Of a DNA stretch of 64,000 nt, positions 11,115 through 22,421 are shown one piece after another. Under the pieces are notes generated by a model, which saw nothing but the letters and a program-made list of their open reading frames with translations, was not told the DNA's origin and ran no database searches. A program made the position numbers and the translations under genes. Origin of the DNA: an uncultured delta proteobacterium (GTDB lineage Bacteria > Desulfobacterota > Binatia > UBA9968); NCBI GenBank assembly GCA_963847445.1, contig CAWJZV010000004.1:1-64000 (forward strand). Reading direction: 5' to 3'. Numbering within the stretch: the first letter of the stretch is position 1; every line of letters starts with the position of its first letter.

Positions 11115-11570
11115 GATACGGCAGAGCCGCAACCAGTCGGGAAAGAGTTCTTCACCGCAAAGTGTCCGTGAGCTACGCTCGCTACGAGTTTGAGAATGGA
11201 TGGGATTCCCTTTGTCGGCGGATTGCTTGACCCGTCATTCCCGCGCACGCGGGAATCAGGTTGGTCTGCGCCCAATTAGCCTGGAACCCGCTTTCGCGGG
11301 TATGACGGAACCGGGTGACCTCTTCATTGTGGAGACCATCCCCTTACATGTATCTTCTAAAGAGATCACGAAGTTCGGAAAAGAGTTTAACCACAGCGGC
11401 TTCCGTGTAGGGGCCGGTCGCGACGGCCCTCGGAATCGGAGATTACCGCACCCTTTGCTGCTCAGGGCGATCGCAACGCCAAGGGCGCAAAGATCTATCG
11501 TAGGGGCGGGTTTGCAACCCGCCCTCCCCTCCGACCCTTTCGTGAGTTTCGTGCCTTTCGTGGTTAAGAC
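11115..11570. repeat. Composite intergenic repeat mosaic
   Basis: Partial left motif CGGCAGAGCCGCAACC (11119-11134); GTCATTCCCGCGCACGCGGGAATC pair; GTAGGGGC REP-like units at about 11407 and 11500; CACGAAG/TTCGTG units. Confidence 0.8.
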
Positions 11571-11634
11571 TCGGAGGAATTTCTAGTCGCGCCATTAGTT
11601 GACAGCCTCACGCCGCCCATGTTTACTGCCGGTC

Positions 11635-12585
11635 ATGTGGCTCAAACTATCGATTCTCACACTCGTCCTGCTGGGTAACACCGCGCCGGCGTTAAGCCAA
11701 TTGAAAAAGGTTCGCTTCTCGGTGGCGGCGCCGTCCATCGCCGAGATGCCGTTCCGCATCGCCCAGACCAAAGGCTTCTATCGCGACGAAGGGCTCGATG
11801 TCGAGGTGATCTTCATCCGCGGCGCGGTCGGCATGCAGGCATTGCTCGGCGGCTCGGTGGATTTCACCTCGGCTTCGGGCTCGACCATCGCCGCCGCGGT
11901 GCGCGGCATCCCGGTCAAGCTGGTTTTCACGGCGTCAGCCAAACCGCAATTCGACATGGTCGCGCTGAAAGAAATTCGCTCCATCGCCGAACTCAAAGGC
12001 AAGTTCGTCGGCATCTCGTCGCGCGGCGGCGCCGTCGATCTGTTGACGCAACTGATGGTGCAAAAGCATGGCTTGACACCAAACAAAGATGTCACCAGCC
12101 TGGTCGTCGGCGGCCAGGAGGACACCGTGCTGGCGCTGCGCACCGGGCGCATCGCCGCGGCATTGTTGACGCCGCCGCGCCCGCTCATGTTGGCGCGCGA
12201 AGGCTTCAACCGCATCGGCTACTCCGGCGACTACATGCCCACCTACCCGAGCGGCGGTATCGGCGTCACCGACGACACCATCAAGAACAAGCCCAATGAG
12301 CTGTACGCCTTCGTCAAAGCCAGCGTGCGCGGCTTGCAGTTCGCCCGCCAAAACCGCGCCGAGGGGAAAAAGATTCTAACCGACTACTTCGCCATCAAAG
12401 ACGCGGCGCTCGCCGATCAGTTTTTCGAGCTGTACCTGAGCCGCTTGCCGGTGAACGGCTCGGCCGACGAGGCCTGGATGAAGGGAGCCATCGAATTTAC
12501 CCAAAAGAGCTTGGGCGACGCCGCCAAGGAAGCCGCGCCGCATCAGGTTTTCGATTTTAGTTTTGTCAACAAGGCGGCTAGGTAG
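11635..12585 (+). CDS. NMT1/SsuA-type ABC substrate-binding protein
   Basis: Signal peptide MWLKLSILTLVLL; GFYRDEGLDVEVI; ELKGKFVGISSRGG; TTGACA about 30 nt upstream. Confidence 0.88.
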   Translation: MWLKLSILTLVLLGNTAPALSQLKKVRFSVAAPSIAEMPFRIAQTKGFYRDEGLDVEVIFIRGAVGMQALLGGSVDFTSASGSTIAAAVRGIPVKLVFTASAKPQFDMVALKEIRSIAELKGKFVGISSRGGAVDLLTQLMVQKHGLTPNKDVTSLVVGGQEDTVLALRTGRIAAALLTPPRPLMLAREGFNRIGYSGDYMPTYPSGGIGVTDDTIKNKPNELYAFVKASVRGLQFARQNRAEGKKILTDYFAIKDAALADQFFELYLSRLPVNGSADEAWMKGAIEFTQKSLGDAAKEAAPHQVFDFSFVNKAAR

Positions 12586-12729
12586 GCAAGCTAAGATGGG
12601 CGGGTTTGAAACCCGCCCCTACGAATCCCAATTCTTTATTGCGCTGTTTGCGTTCGATCGCCCTGAGCATCTTCGAAGGGTGCGGCCATTCATCTTCCCA
12701 CTTGCGGCTCTGCTGCGCTAACATCACTG

Positions 12730-14352
12730 CTAATGCAGGATCTGCTTGAAAAAGTCGTTGCCCTTGTCGTCGACTAAGATAAACGCCGGGAAGTCTTCCA
12801 CCTCGATCTTGTAGACCGCTTCCATACCGAGCTCGGGATACTCCAGCAACTCGACCTTTTTGATGTTCTCCTTGGCCAGGATCGCCGCCGGGCCGCCGAT
12901 GGAGCCCAAATAAAATCCGCCATATTTCTTGCACGCGTCGGTGACCTGCTGGCTGCGGTTGCCTTTGGCGAGGGTGATCAGCGCCGCGCCGTTGGCCTGG
13001 AACAATTCGACGTAGGAATCCATGCGCCCGGCGGTGGTTGGGCCGAAGGAACCGGACGGCAAACCCGCCGGCGTCTTCGCCGGGCCGGCGTAGTAGACCG
13101 GATGATCTTTCAAATACTGCGGCAGCCCTTCGCCTTTGTCCAAACGTTCTTTCAGTTTGGCATGGGCGATATCGCGGGCGACGATCATCGTGCCGTTCAG
13201 CGACAGTTGGGTGGTGACGGGATATTTCGACAATTGCGCGATGATTTCCGGCATCGGCCGGTTGAGATCGACCTTGACGACGTTGGCGACAAACTTGCCG
13301 CGATACTCTTCGGGAATCAGACGACCCGGCTCTTTTTCCAACTCCTCGAGCCAAATGCCATCCTTGTTGATCTTCGCTTTGACGTTGCGGTCGGCGGAGC
13401 ACGACACGCCCATCCCCACCGGGCAGGACGCGCCATGGCGCGGCAAACGAATCACCCGCAAGTCGAGGGCAAAATATTTTCCGCCGAACTGCGCGCCGTA
13501 GCCGGACTTGTACGCCTGCTGCAACATGCGCTCTTCGAACTCGGTATCGCGAAAGGCGCGCCCATGGGCGTTGCCGGTGGTCGGCAGATGATCGAGATAA
13601 CCGGTGGACGCCAGCTTGACGGTCTTCAAACAAGCTTCGGCCGAAGTGCCGCCGATGACGAAAACCAAATGGTACGGCGGGCAGCCGGCAGTGCCCAAGG
13701 TCTGCATTTTTTCGGTGAGAAATTTTTCCAAGCTCGCCGGATTGAGCAGCGCTTTGGTCTCTTGATACAGCATGGTCTTGTTCGCCGAGCCGCCGCCCTT
13801 GGTGACGAAGAGAAAATTATATTCCATGCCGTCGGTGGCCATGAGATCGATTTGCGCCGGCAAGTTAGTGCCGGTGTCGACCTCATCCCACATATTGAGC
13901 GGCGCCGTCTGCGAGTAACGGAGATTCTCTTCGGTGTAAGTTTTATAAATCCCCTTGGCGATATGCTCCTCGTCTTTCACGCCGGTCCACACCTGCTGGC
14001 CTTTTTTGCCGAAGACAGTGGCCGTGCCGGTGTCCTGGCAAAACGGCAGGATGCCCTTGGACGAAGTGTCGGCGTTGCGCAGCATCGCCAGCGCGACATA
14101 GCGGTCGTTTTGCGAGGCATCGGGATCTTTCAGGATCGCCGCGACTTTTTCCAGGTGCGCCGTGCGCAAGAGAAACGACACATCGCGGATCGCCACGTTG
14201 GCGAGATAGGACAGTCCCTCGGGTGCGACTTTGAGAATATCCTTGCCCTCGAACTGGGCCACCGAGACATGCTCTTTGGTGAGCAGGCGGTATTTGGTGG
14301 TGTCTTTTCCCAGCGGCAACGGATCTTGGTAAACGAATTCAGGAGTGGCCAT
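12730..14352 (-). CDS. fumA: Class I (Fe-S) fumarate hydratase
   Basis: [52 protein letters not shown] motifs; 540 aa. Confidence 0.95.
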   Translation of the reverse strand: MATPEFVYQDPLPLGKDTTKYRLLTKEHVSVAQFEGKDILKVAPEGLSYLANVAIRDVSFLLRTAHLEKVAAILKDPDASQNDRYVALAMLRNADTSSKGILPFCQDTGTATVFGKKGQQVWTGVKDEEHIAKGIYKTYTEENLRYSQTAPLNMWDEVDTGTNLPAQIDLMATDGMEYNFLFVTKGGGSANKTMLYQETKALLNPASLEKFLTEKMQTLGTAGCPPYHLVFVIGGTSAEACLKTVKLASTGYLDHLPTTGNAHGRAFRDTEFEERMLQQAYKSGYGAQFGGKYFALDLRVIRLPRHGASCPVGMGVSCSADRNVKAKINKDGIWLEELEKEPGRLIPEEYRGKFVANVVKVDLNRPMPEIIAQLSKYPVTTQLSLNGTMIVARDIAHAKLKERLDKGEGLPQYLKDHPVYYAGPAKTPAGLPSGSFGPTTAGRMDSYVELFQANGAALITLAKGNRSQQVTDACKKYGGFYLGSIGGPAAILAKENIKKVELLEYPELGMEAVYKIEVEDFPAFILVDDKGNDFFKQILH

Positions 14353-14643
14353 AAGGTTTTCTACCTCGTCGGATTTTCGACAATCCTAATGGAAAAAATC
14401 GCGGTTGTCGACGTACCGAAAGCGGCCCAGAGGTTGGGTAGTGGTTCAGTTTGGCAAATCTTTGTAGGGGCAATCCTGCTTGATTGCCCTTCCGGAGGCG
14501 AACGCGTTCGCCTACATCGGTCCTAATCCGATCTCTGTGTGCTCTGTGGCTGTGGTAATATCGGACCTACGGCACCACCAAGCGGCCCATCAGGTTGACA
14601 CCGCGGGACGGTCTCAATTACCGTGCCGGTGACTGGAGGCTTC

Positions 14644-15629
14644 ATGAAATCGGCTATCGTACTTTGCCTTAGCCTGATGCTCGTCACCTCGCCATCTCAG
14701 GCGCAAACCCTCGACCAACTGATCGCCGGCGCCAAGAACGAAGGCAAGCTGGTGATCTACGCCTCCGCCGCGGCGCAGCAGCTGCAAATGTATATGGCGG
14801 CCTTCGGCAAACGCTACCCGTTTATCAAGACCGAATACTTCCGCACCGACAAACAGAAACTGGTCACCCGCGTTCTTCTCGAAGAGCAAGCCAAGCAGCG
14901 CCTGGCCGACGTGGTTCACACCAGCGTCATCGAAACCCATATTTTGAAAAAGCGCGGCGCGCTGAGCCGCTACGTGCCGATGGAATCGGCGTCCTACCCG
15001 AGCCAATACAAAGACCCGGAAGGCTACTGGACTTCGGTCTACGCCAGCGGCACGCTGATGGGCTTCAACACCCGCCAGGTCAAGCGCGCCGAAGCGCCGA
15101 AGACCTACGACGACCTGTTGAACCCGCGCTGGAAGAACGCCATCGCCGTCGACAACACCAAGATCGAATGGTTCTCCATGCTGCTCAAGCTCAAGGGCCG
15201 CGGCTTTCATGGAAAAACTCGCGGCGCAAAACGGTCCGGTGATGGCCGGCAATACCAATTTGCTCAATCTGCTCGCCGCCGGCGAGTTCGCCATCATGGC
15301 CGGCGTCTACGAGTACTCCGTCGATAATTTGAAGAACCAAAGGCGCGCCGGTGGACTGGATCGGTCTCGAACCGGTGATCATCTACACCGTCGCCGCTTC
15401 GTTGCCGTCGCAACCGGCCCATCCCTTCGCCGCCAAGCTGTTCATCGAATGGCTCCTCACCAAGGAAGGCCAGGAAGTGATCAATCAATACGGCCGCGTG
15501 CCGATCCGCGACGACATCGACTCGAAATACGGCAAGCTGTTGAAGCAACACAAACTGCTCATGACCGACGTCGACCTGAGCCAACGCGAAGTCGAAGTGA
15601 ACGAAATGATCCGCAAGCTGTTCCGATAG
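14644..15629 (+). CDS. Extracellular solute-binding protein (Fe/thiamine/polyamine-like), two frameshifts
   Basis: LIAGAKNEGKLVIY..APKTYDDLLNPRWK; continues AAGEFAI and ends PAHPFAAKLFIEWLLTKEGQ in ORF 15351-15629. Confidence 0.85.
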
Positions 15630-15768
15630 CATTACTTAATGTGACCTTTGCGATCTCACGGCACGAAGGCACGAAGGACACGAAGGTTTTAGAACGACTT
15701 ACTTTCGAACTTCGTGCTCTTCGCGTCTTCGTGGTGAATGATCCGTTGCTTCTGGAGAATGAGGCTCC

Positions 15769-18104
15769 ATCGCCACCGAACAACTCCACACTTACTGCGC
15801 CATGTGCACGTCGCGCTGCGGTGTCATCGCGACGGTCGACGACGGCCGGCTTACCCAGGTCAATGCCGACCCCGATCATCCCAACGGCTGCATTTGCGTC
15901 AAAGGCACCGCCGCGCCGGAGATCGTCTACTCACCAGACCGCCTGCTGCATCCGCTGCGTGCGCACCCGCGCCAAAGGCGACGCCAATCCCGGCTGGGTC
16001 GAAATCACCTGGGAGCAAGCGCTCAGTCTCGCCGCACTGCGCCTCAATGACATTAAAGATAATTACGGCGCCGAAGCCGTGGTGTTTTCGCGCGCAACGA
16101 CTGCCGGCAGCGCCGCCATCGACTTCGACGGCTGGGTGCAGCGCTTGGCCAATGCTTTCGGCAGTCCGAATTTACTGACGTCGAATCACATCTGCACCTG
16201 GAACCGCCGCGTCGGCGCCAAATACACCTACGGCACCGGCATGCCGCTACCGGACTTCGACAATACCCGGTGCATGCTGATCTGGGGCATCAATCCGCCG
16301 GCGACTTCGCCGGCCCAAGCCATGCGCATCAGTCGCGCGCGCAATCGCGGCGCCAAGCTCATCGTCATCGACCCGCGCAAAACGACTTTAGCGGCGAAGG
16401 CCGACTGCTGGCTGCGCGTTCGCCCCGGTAAAGACGGCGAGCTGGCGATGGCGATGATCCATGTGCTGCTGGAAGAAAATCTTTTCGACGCCGATTTCGC
16501 GCGCACCTGGACCAACGGCCCATTCTTGGTTCGCTCCGACAACCATCAACTGCTGACGGAAGCCGACCTGCGAGCCGATGGAGATCGCAAGCGCGTGGAT
16601 GGTGTGGGACGAGTCGGACGGATTGCTAGCGCACCACGAAGCGAAGAAGCCGGCGCTCTTCGGTAAGTCATTCAGGTGACACTGCTGGACGGCAGGACGG
16701 TAGAATGCAGACCCGCGCTCGAAGTGTTGAAGGAAGCTGCCGCGCAATTCGCACCGGAGCGAAGCGAACAGATCACCACAGTACCAGCGGCGGAAGTTCG
16801 CAAAGCTGTCCGGCTATTCGCCGAAGAGAAACCGTCGAGCTACTGCACCTGGGTCGGATCTCGAACAAGACAACGACGCCATGCAAACCAACCGCGCCGT
16901 CTGCATCTTCTACGCGCTCACCGGACAATACGACGAGCGCGGCAGCAACGTGCTGTTCGCAACGACACCGACGAATCCGATCAACGGCCGCGAACTACTA
17001 GCGAAGGAACAGGCGAAATTACGCCTCGGCCTCGACAAACACCCACTCGGCCCGCCGGCCGATCCAGGATTAGTCCAAGCCGCCGAAGTCTACGACGCGA
17101 TCCTCACCGGCAAACCGTATCCGATAAAAGCGGCAGTCTTGTTCGGCACCGATCCGCTCTTAGGCCACGGCGACCCGCTGCGCGGCAAAGCCGCCCTCGA
17201 AGCGCTCGACTTCTACGTCCACGTCGACACCACGCTAAATCCCAGCGCACACTTCGCCGACTTGATACTGCCGGCGACGACATGCTGGGAGCGCGAAGCG
17301 TTGCTGCCCTTCTGCGAGATCGCCGAGGATACGATGAACTGGGCACAGCTGCGCCCGGCCGTCGCCAAACCCGTTGGCGAGTCGCGCTCCGAAGCGGAGA
17401 TCATCTTCGACTTGGCCAAACGTTTGGACCTGACCGAACATTTCTTCGACGGCAACATCGAAGCCGCCCTCGCCCATCAACTCGCGCCGTCCGGTTTAAC
17501 GACCGAACAACTGCGAGCCAACCCAATCGGCATGCGCGCTTCAGTCACAACGCGACACAGAAAATATGCCGAGATCGATACCGTCACAGGGCAGGCCAAA
17601 GGCTTCAACACACCGACAGGCAAGATCGAAATCTATTCGACAGCTTTCGCCAACGCCGGCTATCCGCCCATTCCCCAGTTCGAGTCGAATGAATCAGAAA
17701 ACACCGACTACCCGCTCACGCTGACATTCTTCCGCGACATCCACTTCTGCGACCAACAACACCGCAACATCCCGCGCCTGCGCCGCGCCGTGCCCGAACC
17801 GTTCGTCGAAATTCACCCGAGCACAGCGGAAGCAAATGGCATCGCCGACGGCGACTGGATCATCCTGGAAACCGCGACCGGCAAAGTGAAACTGAAAGCA
17901 AAATTCAACGACTCATTACACCCGAATGTCGTCGCCACCGTCTACGGCTGGTGGCAGGGCTGCCAGGAACTAAAGCTCAACGGCCACGATCCGTTCAGTC
18001 CGAATGGCGCGAATGCAAATCTCTTGATTCCGAACAGTGACAATGACCCAATCAGTGCATCGGTCGCACACCGCGGCCAACGATGTCGCTTAATCACATT
18101 GTAG
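15769..18104 (+). CDS. Molybdopterin (Mo-bisPGD) oxidoreductase, DMSO reductase superfamily, with N-terminal 4Fe-4S site; frameshifts near 15960, 16600, 16860
   Basis: HTYCAMCTSRCG..CICVKG, ITWEQAL, WGINP, KLIVIDPR, ADLILPATTCWER, TPTGKIE, PEPFVEIHP, YGWW. Confidence 0.9.
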
Positions 18105-18210
18105 GAATGGGTGGAGCAAAGCGATACCCATCGTAGGAGATAACAAACCGCCGCGGGGTCGCGGCAGGAAAGCATGACAAGCTACAATTGCGGCATTGGA
18201 GTTACTGCCT

Positions 18211-18550
18211 ATGACCTTCGCGAACTATTCCAGCTGAACCTGTTCCGATTACAAGCCGACCCGGACGGCGTCGTGCGAGTCGGCAACTCACGGCGTTACT
18301 CGTTGAAACGGTTATTGGAGCGTTTCTCGATGGCGCTTCAGCCGAAGAGATTGCTTGATCAATATCGTGACCTGGAAGCTTGCGATATTGTACAGCAGGT
18401 AATCGCACATAGCTGGTCGGCGCTCAGAACGTCGACGGCTATTTCGCAACCTCGCCGCCAACTCGACGCGGTGCGAAAACAAATTGACAATCCGCTTCGA
18501 TCCCGCAGGAGTGAGGGAGCGACTGCTGGCGCGTCGCCACACGGCACTAG
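18211..18550 (+). pseudogene. Degenerate DUF433-domain antitoxin
   Basis: Stitching frames gives ..PAEPVP/LQADPDGVVRVGNSR/..ETVIGAFLDGASAEEIA..RFDPAGVRERLLARR, typical of DUF433; many indels. Confidence 0.6.
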
Positions 18551-18552
18551 CC

Positions 18553-18640
18553 ATGCTCCGCCTCGTCGCAGACAAAGCATGTTCAGCAACGATGCAGGTT
18601 CGGTCGCAAACGGACTTTAGTCTCGTTGCGTTAACCGCGA
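18553..18640 (+). pseudogene. N-terminal remnant of a DUF5615 (PIN-like) toxin
   Basis: ATG CTC CGC CTC GTC GCA GAC = MLRLVAD immediately after the DUF433 remnant, then the frame decays. Confidence 0.45.
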
Positions 18641-18661
18641 CCTTCGAGCTATACTTTCGAC

Positions 18662-18902
18662 ATGAGTACAATCGTCGAGCTTGAGAAAGAGATACTCTGC
18701 CCTCTCGCCTGCTGAACGGGAACGGCTCGCGACAGTCGCATGGGAAAGTTTAGTTAGCGATCCCGCTGCGGCAGGCAATCGGGAAATCGACCCCGAGGGC
18801 ATCCAACTCGCGGCACAACGTGATGCGGAAATCGAATCTGGCAAAGTTCAACCCATCGATCACGCCGAATTTCTTCGGCGTACCGGTGGCATGTCTGAAT
18901 AA
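18662..18902 (+). CDS. Putative addiction-module antitoxin component (TIGR02574-like), frameshift near 18695
   Basis: MSTIVELEKEIL + ALSPAERERLATVAWESL..AAQRDAEIESGKVQPID; no cognate RelE/ParE toxin follows. Confidence 0.7.
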
Positions 18903-19015
18903 CTAGCGGACCATATGAGGCAGTTAGTCGGCTGGCGTCGGCGCAGTTGAAATGACTAAACGTGAACAGCAATATCAAATTGAGTGAACACACGAAGGGC
19001 GGCCTTGCTGACCAC

Positions 19016-19145
19016 GAGACTGTACATGCTGTCATTCCGAGGCAAAGCCGAGGAATCTCGTCTTCGTAAGTGGCAGAAAAGACGAAATCCTCGCTACGCT
19101 CGGGATGACAGGAATCGAGAGATTTACGCATTATGACACAGTCTC
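19016..19145. mobile_element. MITE-like element with imperfect terminal inverted repeats enclosing a GTCAT palindrome pair
   Basis: GAGACTTGTACAT ... ATGACACAGTCTC ends flank GTCATTCCGAGG..CTCGGGATGACA. Confidence 0.5.
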
Positions 19146-19349
19146 CACCGCGGAGAGGAGAACGTTGGCGTCAGCGACTACGCCGTCGATAAGCACGAAA
19201 GTCCTCTTTGATCTGCTGATTGGTAACACCCCTGCGTGTGAGTGCCTTGGTAATCGCGTGTTTTGCATCCCCTCTCACGGGTGAATTCCTCATGACCTCA
19301 GCAGTCGAGTGACGGATTGGCGGACTGTCAACGCTGCCATCAGCGACCG

Positions 19350-20316
19350 TCAGTTCAGCGGCAAAAACAACTCCTCCACCGCCATCTTCTTCGTCATCAA
19401 TCCCTGATCCAGCGAATAGCCGACGAACCGTTCCAGATTCGCGCGGTTGTTTTCCAAACCCAACGGCCAGGGATCGCCCAGTAACTTTTCTTCTTCCTCG
19501 AAAGCTTGTCTGCCCCACGCGAGCCACGACCAGTTGGGATCGGCGTAGAACTCGCGGCAGATCTTTTTGGCTTCGCCAAACGCTTTGAACAGGCTGGCGG
19601 CCGCTTCGGGATGCTTTTTCAGTACGTCGTCTTTGAACGCGACCACATGCATGATCGGGAAGAAGCCGTTCTTTTTGTAGTAGCGCAGGTCGGCGGCTTT
19701 GGGGTCGTCGAACAGCCGTTTGATTTTCTTCGAGCCGCGCAGGACCGGCTTGGGCGGGTGCGGCGTCATCATCGCGCTGATCTCGCCCTTCTCCAGCATG
19801 TCGCCGGCGTTGGCGCTCTCCGCCAGCTGCTCGATCTTCACGCCCTTCTCCGGTTCGAACTCGATATTATCTTTTTTGCTGAGCAGCCAGTGAATCTTGC
19901 GCCAGGGCACGTCGAATTCGCTCTGCAAGTCGCCCTTGGAAAGAGTCGCCAGGGTATTTTGAAAACTGTGCAGGCCGACTTTCTTGCCGATCAAGTCTTT
20001 CGGCTCGTTGATGCCGGCATCGACGTTGATCCACATCTGCGAGTGGCTGAACAAGCCGGCGCGGGAATACCGGGATCGCCGTGAACGGCATGCCGCGGCT
20101 CTTGGCCATCAAGTACGACGACAGCGACAACTCGGCAACATCGAATTCGCCTTTTTGCAGCATGCGCTCGTGGCGGTCTTCGCCGTCGCGCTGACGGTCC
20201 GACTGGCCGACGATCAAAACGTTCAAATCGACACCTTCGGTTTGCACCGTACCGTCGAAAAACGGCACATGCCGATCGTAATGTGAGAGTGCGATAGTGA
20301 TTTTCGGATTTGCCAT
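19350..20316 (-). CDS. 4,5-dihydroxyphthalate decarboxylase-like protein (PBP fold, no signal peptide), frameshift near 20055
   Basis: ITIALSHYDRHVPFFDGTV, EFDVAELSLSSY, IPVFPRR/FSHSQ, GFFPIMH, DPWPLGLENNR. Confidence 0.8.
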
Positions 20317-20690
20317 GCGTTTCCTCCAGGATGAACTACATCAGACCATGACCTTCATCGCTTCAATCCACTAGCAATTCCTCAAGAACAAATAAACGGA
20401 TCTCGTTTCAGGGGGAAGCCTCAACTGTTCCAGCAACGACTTCGATAGCCGCTTCGATGAGCACGGCTCTGAGCACATCGTCCCGAAATAGCAGCTTCAA
20501 GAGCGGCGCTAGCTCGAGTAGCGGAACGGCGATCGCCGGATGGCCGGCGTAGTTGGAATGTTGATCGTTGGTTTTATTCTAATCTAAGCGGACATACCGC
20601 GGCCGTTGCACAGCCGAGATAGAAGTCGGATTGCAATGCGGCTTGGGTTCGAGCTTGCGAGAGCAGTCTTAACCAGTTGACCGCTTCGTC

Positions 20691-20867
20691 TCACTTCGAT
20701 TTGGTCGCTTCCTTAACAGAATCCACCGCTTTCTCCATCGCTTGACCCGCCTCTTTAGCCGCTTTGTCAATTTCTTTACCGGCCTTCTCCCCAGGACCTT
20801 CTTTTTGGCAAGCCGAAAGAGTCAATCCCAAAAGCACCACGGTAACTAGCAAGTTTAATTTTGACAT
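20691..20867 (-). CDS. Small lipoprotein (58 aa), not in ORF track
   Basis: MSKLNLLVTVVLLGLTLSACQKEGPGEKAGKEIDKAAKEAGQAMEKAVDSVKEATKSK*; lipobox LSAC; GGAGG upstream. Confidence 0.8.
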   Translation of the reverse strand: MSKLNLLVTVVLLGLTLSACQKEGPGEKAGKEIDKAAKEAGQAMEKAVDSVKEATKSK

Positions 20868-20936
20868 ATCTGCGCGCCTCCTGCTGATTTTATGGTCATA
20901 CTACCGATCTCAGAATCCTGCAATGATCAATTGCCG

Positions 20937-22259
20937 TCAGGCTACTACCAGTAGCTTGGTGAGATCTCGAACGCTGCTTAGCGACTCGATGCGGCGGACC
21001 GAATCGATAATCTGATCGACATTCTTTTTCCCCAGCACCGGCTCCATCAACCATGCCGCTTTCTTTTCGACTTCTTCGGGGCTCATAGGATTCTCCGGAC
21101 GGCCGCGGCAGTCGATCACATGCTCGCGCACCACCCGGCCGTCTCGTAACGTGACTTCGACCAGACCCTGGAACCGATGGCCGGATTTTTCCATCTCGTT
21201 GTCGGCAATCAACTGCACCTTTTCCTTTAGCGCCAGTACGCGCGGGTTTTGAAATCGCGCGTAATCATGGGCCATGTCGAACGTCAGCTTCCCTTCGATC
21301 AAAATCGCCGCCACCATGAACTGCACGTTGACGTCAGGCATACGGCGGTTGTTGACCGTGCGCGCGCCGCTCTCGGGAATGCGCACGACCACCTTGCTGA
21401 TCTCATCGGCATTGACCGATTGCTTGGCGAGCATCGCCAGCGTCGCGTCGACGGTCTCCATCATCGGCGAACCGACCGGGTATTTCTTGATCAGACAACT
21501 GGTGATGGTGAAGCGCTGGCCGAGCTCGGCGAGAATTTTCGCCGGATCGCAGGGAGCGTAAGTCTTGATGATGCCCTGATCGCCTTCAAGCACGTCACGA
21601 TTGCCGGTGAAGCCCGACTTGATCAAAAGCGCCGCCGTGACACCGTTGCGCGCGGGCATGGCCGCGTAGTCGAAGGCTTTTTCGATATGATCGTCATCGC
21701 CGACCCAGGCGCGCGATCCCGACGCCTGTTGCGCGGCATAGGAAATTAAATAACGCATTTGCATGGCATCCAAGGCAGCCAACGTGCCGGCCGCGGTGGC
21801 GCAGCCAAACGTCGCGCCAAACGTCGTCGATCGCGGCGCGAAAGCTTGATGGAAACGAAAGCCGATGTCGTAGCCGAGTATCACCGCGCGCAGCAAAGCT
21901 TCGCCGCCGCGGTCTTGCGACTCTGCCAGCGCCAGCGCCGCAGGCACGATCGCACAGCCGGGATGGAGCTGACTGTTGGAATCGTCGGTCTCGTCGGCGT
22001 GGCCCGACATGCCGTTGGCGAAAGCCGCCATGATCGGCGTCGTTCTAAGATTCGTACCGAGCACGCTGCACTCTTCCCGGCCGCCCTGCTCGCGCGCGTG
22101 TTGCAGGCCAAGCTTGCCGGGCTTCAACGTCGATCCGGAGACCACCGCTGCCAGCGAATCCAACAGATGGCTTTTACCCTTTTGAATGACTTGCGCCGGC
22201 AGTGGAACCTGTCGCGCCGCCAACATGTATTCGACCAAGGAATCGATAATTTTCGCCAT
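20937..22259 (-). CDS. MmgE/PrpD family protein
   Basis: AAFANGMSGHADETDD..HPG..ALALAE; IKKYPVG; RGRPENPMS. Confidence 0.9.
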   Translation of the reverse strand: MAKIIDSLVEYMLAARQVPLPAQVIQKGKSHLLDSLAAVVSGSTLKPGKLGLQHAREQGGREECSVLGTNLRTTPIMAAFANGMSGHADETDDSNSQLHPGCAIVPAALALAESQDRGGEALLRAVILGYDIGFRFHQAFAPRSTTFGATFGCATAAGTLAALDAMQMRYLISYAAQQASGSRAWVGDDDHIEKAFDYAAMPARNGVTAALLIKSGFTGNRDVLEGDQGIIKTYAPCDPAKILAELGQRFTITSCLIKKYPVGSPMMETVDATLAMLAKQSVNADEISKVVVRIPESGARTVNNRRMPDVNVQFMVAAILIEGKLTFDMAHDYARFQNPRVLALKEKVQLIADNEMEKSGHRFQGLVEVTLRDGRVVREHVIDCRGRPENPMSPEEVEKKAAWLMEPVLGKKNVDQIIDSVRRIESLSSVRDLTKLLVVA

Positions 22260-22421
22260 GGCGCCTCCAAGAGGTAACCCATACTGGACTACTGAACTGT
22301 CGCCCGCCTGTCAACATAAAGTTGACAGCGATCCATCCTGTGGGTTAGCGTGGCCGAACATTCAGTGGAATAAGCAGCCGTCGAACTAGCACTGCAGTCA
22401 TCGTTCCAAACGGAGGTTTCG

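Noticed and set aside
13102-14526. 474-aa plus-strand ORF
   Set aside because: Antisense shadow of fumarate hydratase; expected with high-GC codon bias and has no motifs.
15209-16666. 485-aa ORF as a binding protein-oxidoreductase fusion
   Set aside because: Chimera created by frameshifts; it reads through a repeat-containing intergenic region.
18100-19170. Integron cassette array explanation for the TA remnants
   Set aside because: I could not identify attC-type RYYYAAC..GTTRRRY structures, and no integrase is present.
20340-20690. Unexplained intergenic tract with a short open minus-strand frame
   Set aside because: No credible start, SD or motif; cannot support a gene or RNA.
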